Source: Chitinophagales bacterium
Lineage (GTDB): Bacteria > Bacteroidota > Bacteroidia > Chitinophagales > UBA10324
NCBI GenBank assembly: GCA_044227805.1
Contig: JBGAWA010000011.1
Location: forward strand, 1 to 61,371
Length of the DNA stretch: 61,371 nucleotides
Direction of reading: 5' to 3'
A program made the translations under genes and the position numbers. Positions 11,834 to 21,383 of this stretch are shown here, piece by piece. Numbering within the stretch: position 1 is the stretch's first letter; every line of letters starts with the position of its first letter. The notes beneath the pieces were generated by a model, which worked only from the letters and a program-made list of their open reading frames with translations, had not been told where the DNA came from and made no database searches.

Positions 11834-13465
11834 TCAGAGTTTGGCAGGTTCCGGAATCATTTCAATCGCATGACAAGGACATTGTTCATAGCAAACGGCA
11901 CAGCCGGTACACAGGTTGAAATTGAATTTATATCGTTTGCCCGGTCCGAGTTTGATGATGGCATCTTCAGGACAGGCACCAAAGCATCCATCGCATTCGA
12001 AGCAGTTGCCGCAGCTTAAGCAACGCTGCGCTTCATAACGGGCCTCCGCCTCGTTGAGCCCGCTGATGATTTCGTCAAAATTTTTAATGGCCACCTTAGG
12101 CGGCAACTTTTCCTGTGCTATCAGCGGTGCCTCCGTTTTATACCACATCTGCAGCTTGCGGTAGCCGGCAGTGGGGTGCTTCTCGCCTTTCACGAATGTT
12201 TCCTTTCTCAGGAAAGCGTCTATATATTTCGCTGCCTTTTTTCCGTGACCGATGGCGATGGTGGCGCTTCGGGTTTCACCCGGCAGCATGTCGCCGCCCG
12301 CGAATATTCCCGGATAGCCTGTCATCCGTTCCGCATCAATCACCACGGTGCCGTCTTCCTTCAGTTGTATTTCATTCAGCGGAGCGAGATAGCCGGTTTC
12401 AGCTTCCTGCCCCATGGCAACGATGACCATATCGGCCGGCATGGTTTCCATCTCGCCGGTGCCAAGGGCTTTTCCTTTCTCCACCTTCATCAATTCAAGG
12501 GTGAGCTTCTTCTTTTCAATTTTGGAAATGCTCTTCAGCAGTTGCACCTCCACACCTTCGGCCAGTGCATCATCGGTTTCATAGTCGTAGGCCGGCATCA
12601 TCTTTTTATCACCCGGAAACAATACAGTAGGTTCGGAATGAAACCGTTTGAGGATGCGGGAGAGGTAGAGTGCCAGCTTGCCACCGCCGTACACCACTAT
12701 CCTTTTATTATGAAACGGAACACTGTCTGTCGCAGCATCATCAAAGAAGGTGAAGGCATCCGTAACACGCACAGAGCCGTCGCTGGGGATGCGCGCCGCA
12801 TTGATGTGCTGCGCGCCCGTTGAAAGGTACACGGCCTCAAAGCCACCCTCTTCCTTTTCCTTTAAAAGATCCTTTATTTCATGCTGTAAGTGAAACGTAA
12901 CACCCAGCTTTTCAATTCTGTCAATTTCTGCATCGAGTATCTGCTTAGGCAAACGGTACTCAGGAATACCTGTTCTTAGTAAGCCTCCCAAGGCCGGGCC
13001 TCTTTCAAACACTTCCACCGTATAACCCATGCGTGCCAGGTGATAAGCCGCCGATAAACCGCCCGGTCCTGAGCCAACCACCATGACCTGTTTGCCTGTC
13101 GGTATGGCCATAGTGTTGATGGGCCATTGCAGCCGTATCGCTTCATCGCCGATGAATCGTTCAACGGCATGAATATTCACCGTGGTGTCAATATGGTTTC
13201 GGTTGCATCCTGTTTCACAGGGCTTCACACAAATGCGTCCCATGATGGCGGGAAAAGGATTATCGGCAACGAGGTTCTGAAAGGCCGAAAAGTAATCGCC
13301 GGACTGCGCGAAGGACAGCCAGGCTTGTATATTTTCGCCGGCCGGACAGGCACTGTTGCAGGGTGGCATAAAGTCGAGGTAAACCGGGCGACGACTGCGC
13401 AACGGACCGGTTCCCTGCGGATGACCGGTCATGTCGATGGGTTTCGTGATATCAGTGCTTGACAC
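11834..13465 (-). CDS. GltD-like FAD/Fe-S oxidoreductase with C-terminal 2x[4Fe-4S] domain
   Basis: PPCNSACPAG, GRICVKPCETGC, VVGSGPGGL, GIPEYRLP, FAGGD, CLSCGNCFECDGCFGACP, CTGCAVCYEQCP. The probable start is GTG 13465; the ORF-track start at 13564 overlaps the promoter. Confidence 0.88.
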   Translation of the reverse strand: MSSTDITKPIDMTGHPQGTGPLRSRRPVYLDFMPPCNSACPAGENIQAWLSFAQSGDYFSAFQNLVADNPFPAIMGRICVKPCETGCNRNHIDTTVNIHAVERFIGDEAIRLQWPINTMAIPTGKQVMVVGSGPGGLSAAYHLARMGYTVEVFERGPALGGLLRTGIPEYRLPKQILDAEIDRIEKLGVTFHLQHEIKDLLKEKEEGGFEAVYLSTGAQHINAARIPSDGSVRVTDAFTFFDDAATDSVPFHNKRIVVYGGGKLALYLSRILKRFHSEPTVLFPGDKKMMPAYDYETDDALAEGVEVQLLKSISKIEKKKLTLELMKVEKGKALGTGEMETMPADMVIVAMGQEAETGYLAPLNEIQLKEDGTVVIDAERMTGYPGIFAGGDMLPGETRSATIAIGHGKKAAKYIDAFLRKETFVKGEKHPTAGYRKLQMWYKTEAPLIAQEKLPPKVAIKNFDEIISGLNEAEARYEAQRCLSCGNCFECDGCFGACPEDAIIKLGPGKRYKFNFNLCTGCAVCYEQCPCHAIEMIPEPAKL

Positions 13466-13541
13466 GATGTTACAATTTATTGTTACGGTTGAATCGAAAG
13501 CGAATAAGATCGAAAATTGTGAGTTTGTGCAGGAAAATAGA

Positions 13542-13577
13542 TTGACAATTGTCATACAGGGCATTGATTGAAATCAT
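13542..13577 (-). promoter_or_regulatory. Tandem FNR/Crp-type boxes upstream of the GltD-like/nifJ operon
   Basis: The minus strand reads ATGAT-TTCA-ATCAA, 8 nt, ATGAC-AATT-GTCAA, which has TTGAT-N4-ATCAA geometry. Confidence 0.65.
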
Positions 13578-13763
13578 GTTTCCTGCGCATCCTTCATTAT
13601 GCAGTTGACACCAGCAACCGGCTTAACCCTGACGCCGCACTGATTAAGATTGGTGAAGCAATCTTCATAAGGAAACAAAAAGAGTAAGACACGTTCAATA
13701 CTCTTCCATGGCATAGCGTGATTTTTCAAGCAAAGAAGCCATGTTGCATTTAACAATGCATAA

Positions 13764-15056
13764 CTTGTACGCATAACAAAAAACAGGTATGCAACAATCT
13801 ATGAAGCCAACATCAGGCAGTTTACACCGGAAGGAAACTTCGCTGCCTTTGCAGAACACCTGCCACGGCTGAAAGCGCTGGGCGTTGATATAATCTGGCT
13901 CATGCCCATTCATCCCATCGGTGAAAAAAACAGGAAAGGATCCATGGGCAGTTACTATTCAATAAAAGACTATTACGCCGTGAACCCGGAGTTTGGAACC
14001 ATGGAAGAGTTTAAGGCTTTAGTAAAAAAAATTCATGACCTGCACATGCATGTCATCATCGACTGGGTGGCTAACCATTCCGCCTGGGACAATCCGTTGA
14101 CGGCTGCACATCCGGAATGGTACACAAAGACGATAGCCGGTGATTTTCAGCCCACACCATGGTATGACTGGGAAGACATCATTGACTTTGACTATGATCA
14201 GCCGGGCCTTCGCCAATACATGACAGAGGCCATGGTGTACTGGGTGAAGGAGACAGATATTGACGGCTTCCGCTGTGATGTGGCCGGATTTATTCCCGTT
14301 GATTTCTGGGAACAGGTTCGGGCATCGCTTGAGCAGGTGAAGCCGGTTTTCCTGCTGGCTGAATGGGAATCAAGGGATCTGCACCGCAAAGCCTTTGACA
14401 TGACCTATGCCTGGAGTTTATGGGACAAGCTGCGTGACGTAACCACCGGCGGAAAAAATATTGGCGGGCTGGTGGAATACATGGCGCATGATGTAAATAC
14501 ATTTCCTTTCGGTGCATACCGTATGAATTTCACCGACAACCACGATAAGAATTCATGGGAGGGAAATCAGTATGCAAATTTCGGAGCAGGGCTGGAAGCC
14601 GCCATGGTATTCTGTTCGGTGGTGAATGGCATGCCACTGATCTATAGCGGACAGGAAGCGGGGCTCGACCGCTCGCTGAAGTTTTTCGACAAAGACCTGA
14701 TCGATTGGAAGACACATAGGAATGCATCCATCTATCAAAAACTTTTTGCGCTGAAACATTCGAATGAAGCTTTGTGGAATGGTGCGCATGGCGGTACGAT
14801 GATCAGGGTGCACAACAATCAACCACAACAGGTGATCTCGTTTTACCGTGAAAAGAATGGCGATAAGGTATTGCCCATCGTGAACTTCAGCGCTCAACCG
14901 GCAACGATTCATTTAGAGGCGAAGTATTTTGCGGGAACCTATACGGAGCTGTTCACCGGCAAATCCTATGTACTGCAAGGCGACGATGAATTTACGCTGA
15001 ACGCATGGGGCTATCTTGTACTCACACAATCCAAACAAGCCAATACTGCGCAATGA
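13764..15056 (+). CDS. GH13 alpha-amylase family glycosidase (5' end disrupted)
   Basis: GH13 regions DWVANH, DGFRCDVAG, LAEWE and FTDNHD. The in-frame ATIYEANIRQFTPEG..IIWL continues upstream of ATG 13902 to a stop at 13761 with no standard start codon. Confidence 0.88.
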   Translation, partial: LVRITKNRYATIYEANIRQFTPEGNFAAFAEHLPRLKALGVDIIWLMPIHPIGEKNRKGSMGSYYSIKDYYAVNPEFGTMEEFKALVKKIHDLHMHVIIDWVANHSAWDNPLTAAHPEWYTKTIAGDFQPTPWYDWEDIIDFDYDQPGLRQYMTEAMVYWVKETDIDGFRCDVAGFIPVDFWEQVRASLEQVKPVFLLAEWESRDLHRKAFDMTYAWSLWDKLRDVTTGGKNIGGLVEYMAHDVNTFPFGAYRMNFTDNHDKNSWEGNQYANFGAGLEAAMVFCSVVNGMPLIYSGQEAGLDRSLKFFDKDLIDWKTHRNASIYQKLFALKHSNEALWNGAHGGTMIRVHNNQPQQVISFYREKNGDKVLPIVNFSAQPATIHLEAKYFAGTYTELFTGKSYVLQGDDEFTLNAWGYLVLTQSKQANTAQ

Positions 15057-15898
15057 CATCCATGACATTCAAAAGTATCAGCCTATCAGCACTTTTTTCC
15101 ACACTGCTCCTGAATCTTGCTTTTTCACAGGCCGACAGGGCAACGCATCCGGCAGCAGCCGGTTCCAAAAAAAAGTTCACCGTAACTTTTAAACTTGACC
15201 TTTCGGAAGAAATGAAAAATGTGCAGGACGCCTCCACGGTTGGCATCCGTGGCAGTGCGCTGCCGCTTTCCTGGGAGAAAACCTATAGGATGTCGGATGC
15301 CGATCATGATCATATCTATGAAGCATCCGTCACTTTTGAGATTACCACCCCATCATTGCAGCTGGAATACAAATTCATTCATGATGCATCAGGATGGGAA
15401 ACAACCGATAACCGTTTATTGACCACGCAGGCAACCGCAACAGATCTGCCTGTCGCGAGATGGAACGACGGGCCGGCTATACTGATGAGCCAGCGGGAGA
15501 AGGATTCTGTCGCTCAAAGAAAGTTATACCGCGAAATCGAAGTGATGGACAGCGCTTTGTTTGCGGCTTATAACACACAGGACATCGAAAAGATTAAAAC
15601 ATTCTTTGATGAAGACCTGGAATTTTATCATGACAAGGGAGGGCTCACCAATTATGATCAAAACATAGGGAGTATCAGTACGCTTTTCGCGAAGGGCTAC
15701 AACATACAACGCCAATTGGTGAAAGGTACGCTGGAAGTATATCCGGTAAAAGATTATGGCGCCATGGAAATCGGCGCTCATGAATTTTGTCATGTTGAAA
15801 ACGGAAAGATGGATTGCGGCACTTTTAAATTCCTGATGATCTGGCGATGGAAGGATGGTACATGGAAAATTACCAGGGTGGCAAGCTATGATCACTGA
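15053..15898 (+). CDS. Secreted CBM20-like starch-binding domain fused to an NTF2-like (DUF4440-type) domain
   Basis: Signal peptide (..AFS|Q). VTFKLD..VGIRGS..PLSWE..LEYKF..WE..NR is CBM20-like. DSALFAAYN..DLEFYHDKGGL..RQLVKG..GAHEFCH..WKITRVASYDH is NTF2-like. ATGA overlap with the amylase stop codon. Confidence 0.75.
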   Translation: MTSMTFKSISLSALFSTLLLNLAFSQADRATHPAAAGSKKKFTVTFKLDLSEEMKNVQDASTVGIRGSALPLSWEKTYRMSDADHDHIYEASVTFEITTPSLQLEYKFIHDASGWETTDNRLLTTQATATDLPVARWNDGPAILMSQREKDSVAQRKLYREIEVMDSALFAAYNTQDIEKIKTFFDEDLEFYHDKGGLTNYDQNIGSISTLFAKGYNIQRQLVKGTLEVYPVKDYGAMEIGAHEFCHVENGKMDCGTFKFLMIWRWKDGTWKITRVASYDH

Positions 15899-16136
15899 TG
15901 TGAGAAGCTGAAATAGTTGGGCTGGACTTGCACAAGTCGCAACAAAAACCAATAACGACACAAGGCTAACAACTGAAATTATTGCCGTTCCGCTTTTGAT
16001 GGTCTCGATGGCCACTGTTGGTGATCGGTTGTGTTGTTGAGTTGTTGGTCTATGCCTCACCCAGGCCTCAACAAAGACCATCAACAGCGCAGAATTACCG
16101 AATAATCTTTGATCGCCCTGTATCTTACCACTCTGC

Positions 16137-18485
16137 TCACTCCAGGTACTGCACCACAATACTTATATCACTGTTGCGGCCTTTATCATCCGTGCATGAA
16201 ATTTTTACGGTGCCGGCCTCCGGCGTGAAGAAGACTTTTTCATGTGCACCGGCTGTAGCATAAAACCGGTTGTTGATATACCAGTAAACTGTTTTCACTT
16301 CATTATCAGCATGGCAATTCAGCTGCAGCTGTTGCTCTTCATCTTTCTCCAGCAGGTATTCCAGCCCGTCAACGGGTGAAGTAATGGCAGGTGCATTTTC
16401 CGAATAGATGCGGCTACAGCCCGGATTGTGCGGCGGCACTTTTTCATACGGCAGTTTCTGAAACTCATAAAACGAAACCACTTCGGGCAGCAGGTTAGGA
16501 TACCATTTTTTCTTATACCCATTCTCCGGCAGGCAGTTTCTGCAATAAGAGATGCTCTCGTCAGCCGATACAAAAACCTCCTTCAGGTGATTGCATTTTT
16601 GCATGGTGGAAACACCGGGAATAAAATAGTCCATCACCTGCTCCGTGCAAAAGTCACCGGGCAGCAAGCCGGATTCTGCGCAGACAAAACGGAAGTCGAG
16701 CGATGACGGCATCTTAAACCAGTCATTGGCCGAGTTATACGACAAGGTGTTGAATAAATCAAAAAGCAATGGTGTGGCGATATCGGCGCCGGTCAGCTCG
16801 GGAATGCCGTTACCGGTGAAATTCCCAACCCACACACCGATGGTGTATTCCTTATTGTAACCGATGCTCCATGCATCGCGGCGGCCGTACGACGTACCGG
16901 TTTTCCAGGCAACCTTGGGCAGGTGCATGCTGCTTTCATAGTTATTGGGTAAATCAGGACGGAGATGTTGCGTAAGAATTTCTGTCGTCATGAATGCGGA
17001 TGCTTCGGAGAGTAAGCGGAATGAATCCGGCTGCGAAACCTCCTGTGTCCATTTGATTTTCCGGTAGATGCCTTCATCGGCGAAGCAGGCATAGAGGTTG
17101 GTCAGCTCTTCCAGCTTCACACCACAACCGCCCAGTATCACCGAAAGGCCAAGCTTGTCTTTATCCGCGGCCACCTGTTTGAAACCTGCCAGCTTCATCT
17201 GTGTAACGAATGTCTGAACGCCGAGCAGCTCCAGCATTTTCACAGCCGGCACATTCAGCGAGTTGGCCAGTGCTGTTTCCACGGTTATGTTACCACGAAA
17301 TTCCTTATCGTAATTCTGGGGCTGATATCCGCGTACATTCACCGGCACGTCGGCTATCACCGACTTGGGTGTGATGATTCCCCTGTCAAAACCTATTGCA
17401 TACAGGAAGGGTTTCAGCGTGCTGCCCGGAGAACGAACGGCGCGCACGCCGTCAACCTGCCCCTGATCACCCGCATTGTAAAAGTCTGCCGATCCCAGAT
17501 AGGCTTCCACGCTGTTGCGCTTGTTGTTGATCACCAGCACCGCACAATTCGTGATACCCATGTAATGGATGCGCTTGACATAGTTAAAGGCGATGTTCTC
17601 CGTCTTTTCCTGCTTCTTCTTATCAATGCAGGAATGAATGATGGCTTTCTCCCGATGCATCCGCGCCAAACGAAGTGACAGGTGCGGGGCCAGTGACGGC
17701 ACATTGTGACGTACCTCATTCAAAGGTTCCTGTAAGGCATCCTCAATTTCTTCCTTCGGGAAAACCTTATCGCGGGCGAAGCGCTGTAGCCACTTGTTTC
17801 TTTCCTGCACAATGAGCGCATTGTCGTTACCTATAACCAGTGAGGAAGGCCGGTTGGGAATGATGGTGAGGGCTACCGTTTGAGCAAGGCTCAGGTAGTC
17901 GGGCGGTTGCTGAAAATAAATCAGCGCTGCGCTCTTCACGCCTTCAATATTACTGCCGTAAGGAACGAGGTTGAGGTACAGTTGCAGTATTTCCGCTTTG
18001 CTGAATTTCCATTCCAGCTGAAAAGCCCTGAAGATCTCCACGGTTTTATTGGCGTATGTGCGGCTCTTCGGTTCAAGCATCCTCGCAACCTGCATGGTTA
18101 TAGTGGATGCGCCGGATGTCTTTTTTGATTGCAGCAGGTTGTTGACGGCGGCGCGCAGGATGGCCACCGGATTTACGCCAGGATGGTAGTAGAAATACTT
18201 ATCCTCCTTGTAGATAATGGCTTTCTTCAGGGTTGGTGTGATTTCCGGCAGCTCCGTTTTCATCCGCCACTTATCATCACTGCTCAGGAAGGCGTGCAGC
18301 ACTGTACCGTCAGAGGCGGTGACTATTTGTGAATAATGCAGGTTGATGCGAAGCGGAAAGATGACATTCAATAACAGGAAAGCGGACAGTATTCCGCCCG
18401 ACAAATAAATTGACAGGCGGATCCATTTTTTATGGAACAGCCAATGAAACAATTTTTTTAGACCATGCATAAATCGCTCAACCAT
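16137..18485 (-). CDS. pbpC: Penicillin-binding protein 1C
   Basis: Transglycosylase motifs EDKYFYYHPGVNP and GASTITMQVAR; transpeptidase motifs GSTLKPF, SLN and KTGTSYG; PBP1C-type C-terminal domain. Confidence 0.93.
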   Translation of the reverse strand: MVERFMHGLKKLFHWLFHKKWIRLSIYLSGGILSAFLLLNVIFPLRINLHYSQIVTASDGTVLHAFLSSDDKWRMKTELPEITPTLKKAIIYKEDKYFYYHPGVNPVAILRAAVNNLLQSKKTSGASTITMQVARMLEPKSRTYANKTVEIFRAFQLEWKFSKAEILQLYLNLVPYGSNIEGVKSAALIYFQQPPDYLSLAQTVALTIIPNRPSSLVIGNDNALIVQERNKWLQRFARDKVFPKEEIEDALQEPLNEVRHNVPSLAPHLSLRLARMHREKAIIHSCIDKKKQEKTENIAFNYVKRIHYMGITNCAVLVINNKRNSVEAYLGSADFYNAGDQGQVDGVRAVRSPGSTLKPFLYAIGFDRGIITPKSVIADVPVNVRGYQPQNYDKEFRGNITVETALANSLNVPAVKMLELLGVQTFVTQMKLAGFKQVAADKDKLGLSVILGGCGVKLEELTNLYACFADEGIYRKIKWTQEVSQPDSFRLLSEASAFMTTEILTQHLRPDLPNNYESSMHLPKVAWKTGTSYGRRDAWSIGYNKEYTIGVWVGNFTGNGIPELTGADIATPLLFDLFNTLSYNSANDWFKMPSSLDFRFVCAESGLLPGDFCTEQVMDYFIPGVSTMQKCNHLKEVFVSADESISYCRNCLPENGYKKKWYPNLLPEVVSFYEFQKLPYEKVPPHNPGCSRIYSENAPAITSPVDGLEYLLEKDEEQQLQLNCHADNEVKTVYWYINNRFYATAGAHEKVFFTPEAGTVKISCTDDKGRNSDISIVVQYLE

Positions 18486-18873
18486 TCACTGCATTAAAAC
18501 TGCTGGTGAAAATAACAATTACCGTATGGGATGGAAAAGGTACAGACAGGATGCCTGGCAGTGACCGATTCAGCTTAGCGGAAACCACCTGTTGCGAATC
18601 AAGCGTGATCGAAAGAATAAAATCGCCCAAAATGATTATTTCATTACCTCTTCTCCATACCGACATTCATACCGGATCCTTTCATAAAAAAATCAGGAAT
18701 AAAAATGTGTGTCCTTCGGATGCAGTGAGACTAATTGGCAGCAATGATTTTTCTCTCTGCAGCTTGTAGGTTTTTCTCCATAATATCCGCTTTGTGTTCA
18801 TGTTACTGTGTAGTAGTATCTTTGCCGGCATCCCGCGCCTCTTCGATGCCGGAAATTATAACGGCGGATAATT

Positions 18874-21297
18874 TTGAAATTAAAATTCTTCATACTCTTA
18901 TGGCTGCTCCCCTTTCTAATACGGGCACAGGTGACTTCACTGCAGGGCCTGGTGAAAGACTCCGCAAGCGGCAAGCCGATCACCTACGTCACCATCCTCA
19001 TCAACGATAACAATAGCACCGGCACCAGAACAGATACTGCGGGACACTTCAGCATCAGCTCGGCGAAGCCGGTGACGTCGCTTACCTTCAGCATGGTCGG
19101 TTACCAGTCACAACGGGTTACCTTTTCGGCCAAGGCTACCAATACCTGGCTCAACGTGACCATGGTTCCGAAACAAGACACGCTGGAAAATATTACGGTG
19201 TTGTCCGGTGAAAACCCGGCTGACAGGATCATCAAGGCAGCCGTAAGAAACCGGGATATCAATAATTACGCAAACCTCCGGTCTTACGCGTACAAAGCTT
19301 ATGAAAAATTTGTAGTGACCGGCATTCCCGACTCCGCTGCCAGGGGCGATTCAGTGCACACCAAGTTGTTCAGGTATGTGGATCAAAACCATCTGCTGGT
19401 GATGGAGTCGGTGGTGGAACGCACACATCTTGAGCCCGACCTGACGAAGGAAGTGGTGGTGGCGCAAAAGGTATCCGGATTACAAAATCCCAACTTCACC
19501 GTATTGACATCGGAGTTTCAGACCACTAACTTTTACAAACCATTCATCAATATCACTACTACCGATTTCGTAAATCCCATCAGCCCGAACAGCTGGAACA
19601 GTTACTTCTTCAACATTATTGATACCGTGTTCTCCGGCAAGGATACCATCTTCGTCATGACCTACCATCCTGCCAAAGGGAAGCATTTCACCTCGCTCAA
19701 AGGCATCATTGAAATCAATTCGGATGGCTATGCGATTCAGCATGTGGTGGCAGAGCCTTCGGATACAGCACTGGCTACACTCTTTGTAAAAATTGAACAG
19801 CGCTATGCCAAAGCGGACAGTACACACTGGTTTCTCTCTGAGATCAACACGCATATCGGCTTCAAGAAATTTTTTATCGATGGGCTGCAGGTGAGCATGA
19901 CCGGCACCACCCGTATCACGGAAGTAACCATCAACCCGGCGCTTAGCAGGAAAAATTTTGACGGAGTGGGTATTGATATACTGGAAGATGCCGCTCAGAA
20001 GAGCGATGAATACTGGAACCGTGAACGTGCGGATACGCTGACAGCAAGAGAGAAAACCACCTACAGCCTGCTCGACAGTGTGGGCAGGAAGAACAACTTC
20101 GACAACAAAATAAATATGCTGAGTGCCTTGCAGGATGGCAACCTGAAGCTGCACTATGTGAGCGTAGAACTTTATAATGTAATTAAATATAACAGACAGG
20201 AAGGCATTCGCCTGGGACTGGGGCTGGAAACGAACAGCGACCTGATGCGGAAATACAAGGTGGGCGGCTTTGCCGGTTACGGACTGCATGATCATGTGTG
20301 GAAATACGGAGGTTTCCTGGAATGGAAACTCTATTATCCGAAAAACATCAAGCTCCTTTTCAACTATTCTATGAGTTATGAAGAAAGTGGCGGCACTGAT
20401 TATTACCAGGGCAGTTACTGGGGCAACAATGAAAATTCGAGAAATTATACCATCACCAATTTTGATTTTGCGGAACGAAAAGAAATTTCCTTCACCTCGC
20501 GCATCCGTAAATATGTGAACCTCGAGCTCAGCGTGTTTGATGTACATAAAGATCCGACCAGTTCTTATGCCTTTGTCAACTCACACTCCGGCGAACCGGT
20601 AGTAGAGGATCAGTTTGATTTTGCCGGGTTCAAGGCTGCCGCGCGTTTCTCGTATAAGGAACGCATTGTGGAATCACTCGACCGGTATTACTGGATTAAT
20701 ATGGGTTATCCGACCGTCTGGCTGCAGGTGACGCAGGGCGTCAACGGTTTTATCAACGGGGAATTCACCTATACAAAGCTGGAATCCAAATTCAGTTATT
20801 CCTTTCCAACGCGATCGGTCGGCATTACCAACATCACGCTGGAAGGCGGCTGGGTGAACACTGCCCTACCGGCTACGGATCTTTTCAGCGGCAGGTCGAG
20901 CTACTCACTGCTGGGGTTGTTTTCCGCCAACAGTTTTCAAACCATGCGCTCCAATGAATTTGTGAGTGATGGTTTCGCATCGGTATTTTTCCGGCAGGAC
21001 TTTCAGAGCAATGTGCTGCGTTGGGGAAAGTTTCAGCCCAACTTCGTTTTTGTAACCAATATCGGATGGGGCGTGTTATCGCATCCGGAAGATCATCTCA
21101 ATACGAGGATAAAAAGCATGGAGAAAGGCTATTTTGAATCGGGACTCATGATCAATAACCTGGCAGGGAAAAAATTTTTCGGTATCGCGAGGCTGAGTAT
21201 CGGTGGTGGTGTATTCTACCGGTATGGGCCATATGCGTTCAGCAACCTGTTCGACAACCTTGCCATGAAGGTGAGCTGGTCGTATAATTTTAAATAG
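18874..21297 (+). CDS. Carboxypeptidase-regulatory-like domain plus DUF5686-type outer membrane protein
   Basis: TTG start and signal peptide; G.VKDS.SG.PI.YV...FSMVGYQ; ENPADRIIK; YNRQEGIRLG; beta-barrel-like aromatic C-terminus. A -7 box TATCTTTG lies at 18817-18824. Confidence 0.8.
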   Translation: MKLKFFILLWLLPFLIRAQVTSLQGLVKDSASGKPITYVTILINDNNSTGTRTDTAGHFSISSAKPVTSLTFSMVGYQSQRVTFSAKATNTWLNVTMVPKQDTLENITVLSGENPADRIIKAAVRNRDINNYANLRSYAYKAYEKFVVTGIPDSAARGDSVHTKLFRYVDQNHLLVMESVVERTHLEPDLTKEVVVAQKVSGLQNPNFTVLTSEFQTTNFYKPFINITTTDFVNPISPNSWNSYFFNIIDTVFSGKDTIFVMTYHPAKGKHFTSLKGIIEINSDGYAIQHVVAEPSDTALATLFVKIEQRYAKADSTHWFLSEINTHIGFKKFFIDGLQVSMTGTTRITEVTINPALSRKNFDGVGIDILEDAAQKSDEYWNRERADTLTAREKTTYSLLDSVGRKNNFDNKINMLSALQDGNLKLHYVSVELYNVIKYNRQEGIRLGLGLETNSDLMRKYKVGGFAGYGLHDHVWKYGGFLEWKLYYPKNIKLLFNYSMSYEESGGTDYYQGSYWGNNENSRNYTITNFDFAERKEISFTSRIRKYVNLELSVFDVHKDPTSSYAFVNSHSGEPVVEDQFDFAGFKAAARFSYKERIVESLDRYYWINMGYPTVWLQVTQGVNGFINGEFTYTKLESKFSYSFPTRSVGITNITLEGGWVNTALPATDLFSGRSSYSLLGLFSANSFQTMRSNEFVSDGFASVFFRQDFQSNVLRWGKFQPNFVFVTNIGWGVLSHPEDHLNTRIKSMEKGYFESGLMINNLAGKKFFGIARLSIGGGVFYRYGPYAFSNLFDNLAMKVSWSYNFK

Positions 21298-21343
21298 ATC
21301 CTGATTTCCCATTCACGCAGGATTATTCAATGGCAAAATTGAC

Positions 21344-21383
21344 GTTTAACCCGGATTTTTCAGTGGAAAAATCCGGGTTAAAC
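21344..21383. repeat. Perfect 18-bp inverted repeat, member of a dispersed REP-like palindrome family
   Basis: GTTTAACCCGGATTTTTC-AGTG-GAAAAATCCGGGTTAAAC. Confidence 0.8.

Noticed and set aside
11834-13465. Calling this gene gltD (glutamate synthase)
   Set aside because: No gltB is nearby, there is an extra C-terminal ferredoxin domain, and the NADPH motif is altered.
19480-20547. Long antisense ORFs (355 aa here; also 40881-41690, 8509-9162, 12176-12823, 15524-16159)
   Set aside because: They are shadow ORFs opposite well-supported genes and have no recognisable motifs.
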